Shown piece by piece: positions 46,725 to 55,911 of a stretch of DNA of 64,000 nt (within the stretch, counting starts at the first letter, position 1; each line of letters starts with the position of its first letter). The position numbers and the translations under genes are program-made. Below the pieces are notes generated by a model that was not told the DNA's origin, ran no database searches, and saw nothing but the letters and a program-made list of their open reading frames with translations. Source of the stretch: an uncultured Coriobacteriia bacterium (GTDB lineage: Bacteria; Actinomycetota; Coriobacteriia; Anaerosomatales; PHET01); the NCBI GenBank assembly GCA_942493275.1, contig OW818687.1, positions 176,743 to 240,742 of the forward strand, written 5' to 3'.

Positions 46725-48749
46725 TCACTGCGCGGTCGCGCTCTCAACCAGGGAGCGAAGGTTCGCGACTCCCTGATCGCGGTCGGTGAACCGCTCCACC
46801 AGCAGGCCGGACACAACGGATGCGTCCTGCGTACGCCCCACTTCCAACAGCAACTCGCCGTAGAGAACGCCCGGGTACACCTGGGTGGGATCGATGTCCC
46901 ACCAGTCTTCGAGCGCGGTTATCGCCTCGGCGGTACGACCCGCGTTTGAGAGCGCAAGCGCGGCCTCGACGCGGGCAGCCAAGCCGGTCGGCGACGTCGT
47001 GTAGGCCGCAATCGCCAGATCGGCCGCTTCAGGCAGATACGACGGCCCTCCGACCAGCGCCGCCTTGTTCAGGAACGCGGCAAACGCCGTCTGCGCCTCA
47101 TATGACCGAGGGACGAAATCCAGGTATTCCCGATACGATGCGCGCGCAGCCTCGATTCCGGAAAGGTCGCCGGCCGACGCCATCGCCAAGGCGACTTCGG
47201 CCCGGGACTCGGCGAGCCGAGCCCGATAGCGCGTCTGCCACGGCGCAAGCGAGACTGCTGTCTCAGCATGCGACAGAGCCTCGGAGGGTCCCTGCGCCGC
47301 GTACGAACGAAGCAGCGCAGCATCGGCGGCCCACACTCTACCCGCAAAGACCAGCAGCCCGACGGCCGAGATGACGGCGATGCCCATCAATGAAGCGCGC
47401 AGCACCTTTGACAGCTCAACCGTGCGACACAGCGGAGCGCACACGACGCCCAGACCGACCCACAGCAGTGTGGAGCTTGCCACACTGGTGACACCCAGCA
47501 TCAGGAACGCGAGATAGGCAACGACGGCAGCCAGGAACGCCGCCGACGGCAGGCCCTCGGCGGATGTGGTCGCGCTCTTCGCGAACCAGCGCCATCCGCG
47601 CCACGCTACGTAGCCAAACCAGCCCACGAGCAGAATCGCCGCAGGGATGCCCAAGGTGGCAGCGAGGGTGAGCGGGTAGTTGTGCGCGTCCTGGGTGTAG
47701 GCGGCGAACCCTGAGGACGCAACGTCCTCCACGCTCCTGACCGGCCACCAACCTAGAAGGTAGGTGTCCGGACCCGTTCCGAGAATCGGACGCTGCGCGA
47801 TCATCGCCGCGGTGTCTTGCCAGATCAGAAGCCGCGAGTTGGACGCCGCCACGAACGCGTCCAGGCCGGCTACCCCGACCCGTCGGAGGGTGGCACCGCC
47901 AGTCGCGCTCACGCTCCACGCGAACGCAAGGGCGACCACCACCGCAGCGGCGATCCACACGATGCGGGCGCTCCCTCGCGGGACCTTCCCCGCCAACCGC
48001 GCCGAATAGGCCAGGAGCGCCAATCCGACGACCGCGGCGATCCAGGCGCCTCTGACGGCACTGACCGTGAGTGCGGCGAGTACCACCCCGGTGCAGACCC
48101 ACCACACCCACCGGCGCTCGATCTTCGTGTCGCTCAGCGCCAGTCCTCCCCCTGCGAGCAGCGGAAACAGCAGATATCCGCCCAGCATGTCGGGGTTGCC
48201 GATCGTCCCCAGCCCTCGCTCCAGCATCCACTCCGGCACCGCGGACCATGCCGCAGCATCGAGTCCCGCCGACTGCATCAGGCCGTAGATCGCCACAATC
48301 ACGCCGGGAATCGTAACGGCCATGAGCAGACGGCGGACCATACCCGTCGACCGCACCAGCTGAATCGTAGCCAGGAACAGGAGCAGCCACGCTGCCCATG
48401 ACACGAGCCCGCTGCGATACTCTTCACTGCCGAACAGCGCCGTGGGAACGTGGAGCCCGAAGATGGTCGACACGACGGCCAGCAACGCGAATGCGAGCAA
48501 CGGCCACGCGAGAGACTTCGGGAGCACTCTCGCCTTCGCAGGGCGAGACCACGCAAGGGCCGCGAGGACCAGCGCGGTGCCTGCGCACAGCACCGCAAGC
48601 TTGGGCGTCTGGAACACGTCGTAGGTGAGCAAGCCCCCTCCGAGGCTTGCCAGGTTAGTCATGGCCAACGGAACGATTGCGACCAGCGCCACCAGAATCC
48701 ATCCGGCAACGCTCGTCGCGCGCTCCTGATTCGCGAGCGGGCTCCCCAT
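46725..48749 (-). CDS. O-antigen ligase (Wzy_C) family protein with C-terminal TPR-like domain; candidate O-oligosaccharyltransferase
   Basis: GTIGNPDMLGGYL, RLLIWQDTAAMIAQRPILGTGPDTY, DAHNYPL; N-terminal YDVFQTPK; start at 48749. Confidence 0.85.
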   Translation of the reverse strand: MGSPLANQERATSVAGWILVALVAIVPLAMTNLASLGGGLLTYDVFQTPKLAVLCAGTALVLAALAWSRPAKARVLPKSLAWPLLAFALLAVVSTIFGLHVPTALFGSEEYRSGLVSWAAWLLLFLATIQLVRSTGMVRRLLMAVTIPGVIVAIYGLMQSAGLDAAAWSAVPEWMLERGLGTIGNPDMLGGYLLFPLLAGGGLALSDTKIERRWVWWVCTGVVLAALTVSAVRGAWIAAVVGLALLAYSARLAGKVPRGSARIVWIAAAVVVALAFAWSVSATGGATLRRVGVAGLDAFVAASNSRLLIWQDTAAMIAQRPILGTGPDTYLLGWWPVRSVEDVASSGFAAYTQDAHNYPLTLAATLGIPAAILLVGWFGYVAWRGWRWFAKSATTSAEGLPSAAFLAAVVAYLAFLMLGVTSVASSTLLWVGLGVVCAPLCRTVELSKVLRASLMGIAVISAVGLLVFAGRVWAADAALLRSYAAQGPSEALSHAETAVSLAPWQTRYRARLAESRAEVALAMASAGDLSGIEAARASYREYLDFVPRSYEAQTAFAAFLNKAALVGGPSYLPEAADLAIAAYTTSPTGLAARVEAALALSNAGRTAEAITALEDWWDIDPTQVYPGVLYGELLLEVGRTQDASVVSGLLVERFTDRDQGVANLRSLVESATAQ

Positions 48750-48786
48750 CAACGCATCCCCTTCATCCACCCGCCGAGAGAGCGCC

Positions 48787-49968
48787 TTACGGAAGGGCGC
48801 CCGGCGGCCGCGTGTCATGGCAGACCGTGCACCACGGCTGCTCCTTGTCGTACCTCAGCTTCTCGTGACACGCGCACGACGACGCGAAACTCCGGTTCAC
48901 ACCATGCCCCTGAATCCAGATAGTCGAGTGCGCGAGGAACGGCTCGTGACACTCCCCGCAGTCATTGTGGTCCTGGTAGTGACACTTGCCGCAACGCTTG
49001 CCCCCGTTTGACCACAGATCGACGGTCGCCTCTCGCGCGTGACCGGTCGCCTTGAACTGGTCTGAGTGAGGCAAACGAAGTCCGTGGCAGGAGTCGCACT
49101 CGCTCTGGTCCGAGTGACACCCATCGCACTTGGGATTCGAGACGAGGCGGGTGCCGCCGTTCTTTGGCTTCGCGCGGTCGGCTCTGACCGCGCCCGCCGG
49201 ATCGCCGATGTGGCACACGCTGCACTCGATCGACGCGATCTCGCCGTCATGACACCTCGTGCACGGCGCCATCCCGGCCACGTGGTCGGAGACCACGCCA
49301 CCATCAAGACGATGGCAGTCAATGCACTCGGCGCCAGCCTCAAGCGGCTCCTTGTGGGAGACTTTGAGTGAGCGATCCGTGACGGTCGCCGTACCGGTGA
49401 TCTGCTGCCGGTGACACGACGCGCACCCCTGCGAAGAGACCACGCCTGACAGGCCCTTGGTGTCACCCTGAAGCCCGGCGACGATGTGCACCGCCCGACC
49501 GGGGACGTCCGTGAAGATCCTGCCGATGTAGGTGCCGGTCTCATGACACGACACGCAGTCGGCCTTCTTGTGGGGATCTTTCTTGTCAGCCTGGACGTGC
49601 GCGGTGCGCACGTGACAACTGCTGCACAGCTCGTTAGTGGAGGACGCGACTCCGACCGCCACGTAGACGGCCATGAGCGCAAACACCCAAAAGGCGACCG
49701 AGTAGACCCAGCCGCGGGGATTGCGCGGTTCCGGCTCCTTTGCTGTCTCCTGGGGCACTGGAATGCTCTCAGCGGCCTCCCCGCCCTCCTCCGACTCTTC
49801 GCCGGAGCCCGTGAGCAGCAAGATGGCGGCGACCATGACGATCAGCAGCAGCAGGCTGGCGACCACCAGCAGCAGGATGGCAGCGGTCAGGTTGGTCGCG
49901 GGCTCCTGGATGATCTCGCGAAGCACGTTGGGCAGTGCAGCCCAGTCGTAGTTGAGGAGTGCCTCCAT
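48787..49968 (-). CDS. membrane-anchored multiheme cytochrome c, NapC/NirT-like N-terminus, 11 CxxCH plus one CxCH
   Basis: Two TM helices, then CSSCH, CVSCH, CASCH, CIDCH, CTRCH, CSVCH, CDGCH, CDSCH, CGKCH, CGECH, (CACH), CTVCH. Confidence 0.9.
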   Translation of the reverse strand: MEALLNYDWAALPNVLREIIQEPATNLTAAILLLVVASLLLLIVMVAAILLLTGSGEESEEGGEAAESIPVPQETAKEPEPRNPRGWVYSVAFWVFALMAVYVAVGVASSTNELCSSCHVRTAHVQADKKDPHKKADCVSCHETGTYIGRIFTDVPGRAVHIVAGLQGDTKGLSGVVSSQGCASCHRQQITGTATVTDRSLKVSHKEPLEAGAECIDCHRLDGGVVSDHVAGMAPCTRCHDGEIASIECSVCHIGDPAGAVRADRAKPKNGGTRLVSNPKCDGCHSDQSECDSCHGLRLPHSDQFKATGHAREATVDLWSNGGKRCGKCHYQDHNDCGECHEPFLAHSTIWIQGHGVNRSFASSCACHEKLRYDKEQPWCTVCHDTRPPGALP

Positions 49969-50942
49969 CAGGGCGTCACCTCCACGCCCTGTTCGATGGT
50001 GCTGTTGTTCATGGGGCCGGTGCCGCCGGGATGTGCATGGTACTCGTGGCAGTCCAGACAGTCCCGGATAGCATGGCATCGCAGGCACGCAGGATCCTGA
50101 TAGCCCTTGGTCTTCTGGGGGTGCTCGTCGATGAAGTCGCGCGGATGCGGAACCTCAACCTGATGACAGTCGCTGCAGAACTTCTTGGGGTGGCAGGATT
50201 CGCAGTCGGCATCAGCCTGCAACGAGACCGCGCCGTGCTGCGCAAGGAACTGCACGTCGTGCGGCACCCCAGCGCCGTGACAGCGGCTGCAGTAATCATC
50301 CGGGTGGCAACTCACGCACGTACGCGTGTCTCCCATGCCGTGCGCCTGCTCCCAGTTCTTCCCATGCGTGACGCGCCAGGCGCCTTGGGAGAGTCTGTCT
50401 TTGGTGAGCTTGCCGTTGTGGCACGTGTCGCATTCGACAGGCCCGTTGTTGTCTTCGTGACAGGCGATGCACGCCTGCATCTCGGGCTCTCGCGCCCAAG
50501 CAACCTCCGAGCCGTGCGCGGTCCCCGAATGACACTCCGTGCACTGGCCCACCGCCGCGCAGCTCTTGTGGTTGATCCGCAGCCCCGCTGTGTCAGTGGG
50601 CGCACTCATGACCTGCTCGTGACAGCTCAGGCATGCCTCACGAGGAACCGCCGATGAGAAGCGCCCGGACGTCTCTGTCACGCGAAGCCACATCGCGAAC
50701 ACCTGTTGCCCGGCGAATCGCGAACGGGCGGCGACGCCGGACTGGCCATGGCACGCCACACACTCGATTGAGGCGTGAGCTGAACCTTTGGTAGCCGCGA
50801 CAAAGGACTCCGACGAGTGGCAGGACTCACAGCCGGGTTGGGCCACGTACGCGGTTGCGTATACCGACGCGAAGGCGACAGCGACGACGAGGAACGTCGC
50901 GACCACAACGAACGCGATCAGGGCTGGTCTCTTGCTCTGCAC
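49968..50942 (-). CDS. membrane-anchored dodecaheme cytochrome c, NapC/NirT-like N-terminus
   Basis: One TM, then CESCH, CVACH, CLSCH, CTECH, CIACH, CDTCH, CVSCH, CSRCH, CESCH, CSDCH, CLRCH, CLDCH; GTG start after GAGAGG preferred over the ATG at 50987. Confidence 0.9.
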   Translation of the reverse strand: MQSKRPALIAFVVVATFLVVAVAFASVYATAYVAQPGCESCHSSESFVAATKGSAHASIECVACHGQSGVAARSRFAGQQVFAMWLRVTETSGRFSSAVPREACLSCHEQVMSAPTDTAGLRINHKSCAAVGQCTECHSGTAHGSEVAWAREPEMQACIACHEDNNGPVECDTCHNGKLTKDRLSQGAWRVTHGKNWEQAHGMGDTRTCVSCHPDDYCSRCHGAGVPHDVQFLAQHGAVSLQADADCESCHPKKFCSDCHQVEVPHPRDFIDEHPQKTKGYQDPACLRCHAIRDCLDCHEYHAHPGGTGPMNNSTIEQGVEVTP

Positions 50943-50980
50943 GGGGCCTCTCGGGGTCGGGTTAACGCTGCATTGCATCA

Positions 50981-50998
50981 ATGCCATATTCGTGCCAA
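50981..50998 (-). promoter_or_regulatory. sigma54-type -24/-12 promoter
   Basis: TTGGCACGAATATGGCAT = GG-N10-GC; one mismatch to TGGCACG-N4-TTGCW. Confidence 0.6.
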
Positions 50999-51054
50999 GT
51001 GGCTCGATGAGTGAACATGAAGATGATAGAGCATTTCTGCTTCACGACCAGCGG

Positions 51055-51093
51055 AAAAAAGGAATCGGGCCGGTCCCCTGAGGGACCGGCCCG
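51055..51093 (-). terminator. intrinsic terminator after the secreted cytochrome gene
   Basis: Perfect 12-bp stem CGGGCCGGTCCC-TCAG-GGGACCGGCCCG (51093-51066) followed after 5 nt by TTTTTT on the minus strand. Confidence 0.85.
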
Positions 51094-51127
51094 AAGACCG
51101 TCTTACGGCTAGCTCACGAAGAGTGAA

Positions 51128-52165
51128 CTAGTAGGACTGACCAACACCGGAACCGGTGCCGTCACGGTGGCACTTGAGGCAGACGCCATCAGACAGCGTC
51201 TTGCTCACAGCGTTGCCGTAGGTCAGCGGCACTGCAGGCTCGGCACCAACAGCGACCGTGGTCGACTGGGTGGTGTTCTCCGAGGACTGAGCGGAAGCGC
51301 CAGGCGTGGTCAGGGCTGCGCCAGCGTCGGCGGCAACCATGAGGAAGCGAGGAGCCTCGGGGGTGTAGTGCGGGAACGAGTAGCCGTCGCCGTCAACAGC
51401 CCAGCGCTCTTCAGCGTCGTGGCAGCTCTTGCACGTGGCGGACGACTTGAACGCGATCGGCAGACCGGTCTTGGTGGCACCGGAGCCGGCACCGTTCCAC
51501 GACGCGGTGTTGGCGCGCATCGGGTGAGTCTTGTTGGTGGCATAGCCAGCGCCACCAGCCGGCAGGCCGGCGATGTTGACACCAGTCGAGCTGGTGGCAA
51601 CGTAGTACGAGTTGTGGCAACCGCCACGGGCACAAGTCAGCGCAACGGCGTCATCGTAGCTCGCGGTAGCGGCAGTGTCGCCCTGGGCGATCGTGCCGGT
51701 GAAGGTGCCAGCGGTGTTCGGGAGCTTCAGGATCAGCGAAGCAGCGCCGACGCCGGTGAACGTGCCAGCACCGTGGACCGAGTGGCAGTTGCCACAGGTC
51801 GAGGTGTGGTGGGCGTTCGAGTCGAGCGTCAGGTAGGCGGGGTTCTCGCCATAGACCTGCGAGTACACGCTGGTCGCGCTCACGTGGCAGTAGTTGCACG
51901 AGTCGCTGACCGAGGTCTTGAGGAGGATCTCACCAGTGCTCGAGGCCTGGTGGACCGCGTGGCAAACAGCACACTTAACGGTGGTCGTGGTGTAGTTGCC
52001 GTGCGGCGAGGTATCCGTGCCGTTCAGTGCGGTGCTCCACGCGATGTAGGAGCCAGCGGTCGAACCGGCGTTGGTGACGAACGAGCCCTTGTCGGCGAAC
52101 GCCGGAGCGGCGATGGCCATGAGAGCGATCGCGGCGACAACCGCGATGAACAGCATCTTCTTCAT
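51128..52165 (-). CDS. secreted multiheme cytochrome c (5 CxxCH plus 1 CX4CH); OmcS-like filament candidate
   Basis: Sec signal MKKMLFIAVVAAIALMAIAAPAFA|D after AAGGAG; CAVCHAVH, CNYCH, CGNCHSVH, CARGGCH, CKSCH, CLKCH; no lipobox, TM anchor or LPxTG. Confidence 0.88.
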   Translation of the reverse strand: MKKMLFIAVVAAIALMAIAAPAFADKGSFVTNAGSTAGSYIAWSTALNGTDTSPHGNYTTTTVKCAVCHAVHQASSTGEILLKTSVSDSCNYCHVSATSVYSQVYGENPAYLTLDSNAHHTSTCGNCHSVHGAGTFTGVGAASLILKLPNTAGTFTGTIAQGDTAATASYDDAVALTCARGGCHNSYYVATSSTGVNIAGLPAGGAGYATNKTHPMRANTASWNGAGSGATKTGLPIAFKSSATCKSCHDAEERWAVDGDGYSFPHYTPEAPRFLMVAADAGAALTTPGASAQSSENTTQSTTVAVGAEPAVPLTYGNAVSKTLSDGVCLKCHRDGTGSGVGQSY

Positions 52166-52266
52166 GAATTTCTCCTTGTTATATGCAGTGTTCGTATTCA
52201 TCTCTTTAACAACACCTCCTTTCCGAGATGGGGTCCCTGACCGGGGGCCAGGGTCTTGCGACTCAA

Positions 52267-52295
52267 ACAGTATCAGGATGCGGAACACTTATCAA
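52267..52295 (-). promoter_or_regulatory. sigma70/sigmaA promoter of the secreted cytochrome gene
   Basis: -35 TTGATA (52295-52290), 17-bp spacer, -10 TACTGT (52272-52267) preceded by TGA; AT-rich upstream sequence. Confidence 0.65.
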
Positions 52296-52345
52296 TACTT
52301 AATGCCGTCTTGAGGGCCTGTTTTCGCCCGAGTTTCGGTGAACGG

Positions 52346-53629
52346 TCAGGGGGTCTCCTCCACCGCAACGTCAATCGGCGCTGTTGCTGCGGCGGCAGCC
52401 TCAGCACGGCGCTGCTTACGCCGCTTCATCCAGCGCGAAACCACCCATGCGACGATAAGCGCGAGGAGCAGGATCAGAGGGAAGAGGAGCGCTCTCAGCG
52501 GACCGGCGAGCGTGCTTCGCAGGAAGGTGACCGGAGTGCCGCCGGAGTCCGGCAGGCGCACGATCTGGATGCGATCGTTGTAGGTGTCTGCGACCGCAAA
52601 CCAGTCACGCGCGGGATCGTAGGCGATTCCGGAGGGGTACACGAACTCGCCGTCCGTGGTGCCGTAGGTACCGTACTCGGCGATGATCTTGCCATCCTCG
52701 GGATCGAGAACGGTGAGCTCGAAATCGAACGGATCTGCGACGACCGGACGGTTGTTGCCATCCACGGTGATGCCCGACGGCAGAATCATCGTGCCGGCCC
52801 CGCCAGCCTGCTCGGCCGCCATGTTGCCGCCGAGATTCGCCTGGTTGGACGGCTTACCCATCTCCCTGATCCACTTCCTGTCACCGTCAGTGGTGTAGGC
52901 GCTCACCCGGTTGTTGTGACGGTCCGTCACGTAGATGGTGCCGTCGGGCGCGATCGCCACGCCGTACACGACGTCGAACTGGTCGTCGTCCTTGCCCTTC
53001 GACCCGATCAGCTTGATGAGGTTGCCATCCGCGTCAAGGATCACAAAGCCCGCGTCGGCACCGACGACGATGCGGTCATCTGAGACGGCAACCGCGATCG
53101 GCTTCTCCACATTGATCTGCTCAGAGAGGTTGTTGTCGGCGTCGCTGATGATCACGGCGTTCTTCTTCTTGTCAGCGATGTAGATCCGGCCGTCCTCGGC
53201 AACGGCCACCGCGGTCGGCGAGCCGTAAGCATTGGGCGACATTCCCGCAGGACCGTGGTGCAACAGCGCGCTGAAGGTTCCATCGGGGTTGAAGCCCATG
53301 ACGCGCGCCTTGATTCCCTCGGGAACCCAGATAACGCCATCGGGGCCGATGCCGACGCCATACGGCTGTTGGAGCTGGTTGTCCGCGATCTTCCCGTAGC
53401 CATAGATGGAGCGGACCCATACCATCCCGCCCCCGGAATCGCTCGGGGCCCCACCCACGGGGCGAAGCAGCGAGATCACGAATGCGGAAACGCCCATGAG
53501 CAGGAGCACCAGGATGATCAGGACCACGATCAGGACGCGACGCGCCCGCGAGTTCTTGACTTCTTTGGATTCGGCCTTCGGCTGCGCCGCCGAATCCGCG
53601 AGGGCTGCTGTGTCGGTAGTGTCGGTCAT
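52346..53629 (-). CDS. NHL-repeat (six-bladed beta-propeller) protein with N- and C-terminal TM anchors
   Basis: QPYGVGIGPDG, SPTAVAVAEDGRIYIAD, FDVVYGVAIAPDGTIYVTD, PSGITVD, FVYPSGIAYD; hydrophobic ends followed by KRRKQRR. Confidence 0.88.
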   Translation of the reverse strand: MTDTTDTAALADSAAQPKAESKEVKNSRARRVLIVVLIILVLLLMGVSAFVISLLRPVGGAPSDSGGGMVWVRSIYGYGKIADNQLQQPYGVGIGPDGVIWVPEGIKARVMGFNPDGTFSALLHHGPAGMSPNAYGSPTAVAVAEDGRIYIADKKKNAVIISDADNNLSEQINVEKPIAVAVSDDRIVVGADAGFVILDADGNLIKLIGSKGKDDDQFDVVYGVAIAPDGTIYVTDRHNNRVSAYTTDGDRKWIREMGKPSNQANLGGNMAAEQAGGAGTMILPSGITVDGNNRPVVADPFDFELTVLDPEDGKIIAEYGTYGTTDGEFVYPSGIAYDPARDWFAVADTYNDRIQIVRLPDSGGTPVTFLRSTLAGPLRALLFPLILLLALIVAWVVSRWMKRRKQRRAEAAAAATAPIDVAVEETP

Positions 53630-54421
53630 CTACTCACTGACTCCCATCGTCTTCAGTCCCTCAAGTGCGGACTTCATATCGGGAACGAATTTGAGGGCGG
53701 CACGGAAATCCTCTTCCGCCTTCTTCTCATCACCCAGGGCCAGATACGCCTCGCCACGCGATGCGATGACATCGGCCGCGTTGGGCTTCTTCTCCAGGTA
53801 CTTGGTGTAGGCGTCTACCGCGTCCTGCCACTTCTTCTGCTCGGCGTAGATATTCGCCTTCAGCAGGTAGGCACCCTCGAGCGCAGGCGACTCAACCTGG
53901 GGATCGTTAAGGTCAGGTACTCGCTTCTTGTAGTCCGCGAGCTTGGCCTTGATCTCCTTGTCGGCTTCCTTGAGCGTCAGGTCCGCCTTCTTAAGCGCCT
54001 CCGCGTCATCGTCACGCGCGGCCGAAAGCCGAGCGTCGGCGAGAAGAATGAGAGCGCGGTCGGCGTTCGCGTTGCGAAGCCCGGCCTCAATCTGAACCTC
54101 AGCCTGAGCATACTGCTTCGTCTCGACCAAAATGCTGGCGTAGCGAGCCCACAACCTGCCGTCCTTGGGCGCCGCCTTGGTGGCGTCCGCCAGCAGATAG
54201 AGCTCCTTCTCAGCGTAGGTTCGGGGCGCCTCAGGAGACAGGAGGCCGAGAACCAGCGCTGACACTACCGTCGCAAGCCAGAGGGCGACGATCGCGAGGC
54301 ATGCGAAGATCAGCCTGCGGACGACCTTGTCGTCAAGTAGCCGAGGGCTTGCCTTCTCGGCCGGAGCCTGTGCTTCGGGCTCCCCCGTCGACGGGCTCGT
54401 CGGTGTTTCCAGATCGGACAT
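53630..54421 (-). CDS. membrane-anchored tetratricopeptide repeat protein
   Basis: N-terminal TM; TPR-like AVDAYTKYLEKKPNAADVIASRGEAYLALGDEKKAEEDFRAALKFVPD; start after GGAGGT. Confidence 0.85.
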   Translation of the reverse strand: MSDLETPTSPSTGEPEAQAPAEKASPRLLDDKVVRRLIFACLAIVALWLATVVSALVLGLLSPEAPRTYAEKELYLLADATKAAPKDGRLWARYASILVETKQYAQAEVQIEAGLRNANADRALILLADARLSAARDDDAEALKKADLTLKEADKEIKAKLADYKKRVPDLNDPQVESPALEGAYLLKANIYAEQKKWQDAVDAYTKYLEKKPNAADVIASRGEAYLALGDEKKAEEDFRAALKFVPDMKSALEGLKTMGVSE

Positions 54422-54469
54422 CTTACCTCCACGTGGGTGAACCACCGGTATCGGAATCGCTCGTATCCG

Positions 54470-54486
54470 AGCAATCGTCACGCCAA
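54470..54486 (-). promoter_or_regulatory. sigma54-type -24/-12 promoter
   Basis: TTGGCGTGACGATTGCT = GG-N10-GC with intact TTGCT, about 50 nt upstream of the TPR gene start. Confidence 0.62.
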
Positions 54487-54604
54487 GATATCGTAAGGTT
54501 AACGGGCAACGCCAGCGAATCCACAGAACCTGCGGAAACGGCGGCGCGAAGTACCGCCTCCGCCTGTCGCCGCGGCAGTGAACGCACGAGTATTGCGGGC
54601 TGCG

Positions 54605-55879
<1,275 letters not shown>

Positions 55880-55911
55880 GTGCTCCTTCTGTCAGTGACG
55901 ACTTCCGTCGC

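Noticed and set aside
50943-50987. ATG start at 50987 for the dodecaheme cytochrome
   Set aside because: It lies within the putative -12 element and has no RBS; the GTG at 50942 has GAGAGG upstream.
48787-52165. Selenocysteine or pyrrolysine readthrough in the cytochromes, or CRISPR-like repeats among the heme motifs
   Set aside because: The ORFs are uninterrupted, and the repeats are protein-level CxxCH motifs without DNA repeat-spacer structure.
52291-52307. Third sigma54-like motif (CGGCATTAAGTATTGAT) upstream of the secreted cytochrome
   Set aside because: Spacing is off by one and the -12 GC is missing; the sigma70 reading fits better.
52166-52345. c-di-GMP-I / cGAMP (GEMM-I) riboswitch in the cytochrome leader, as found before Geobacter cytochrome genes
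   Set aside because: No GGCAAAC...GAAA...GACGCAAA core is present; the hairpins do not fit the consensus. An Rfam scan would settle it.
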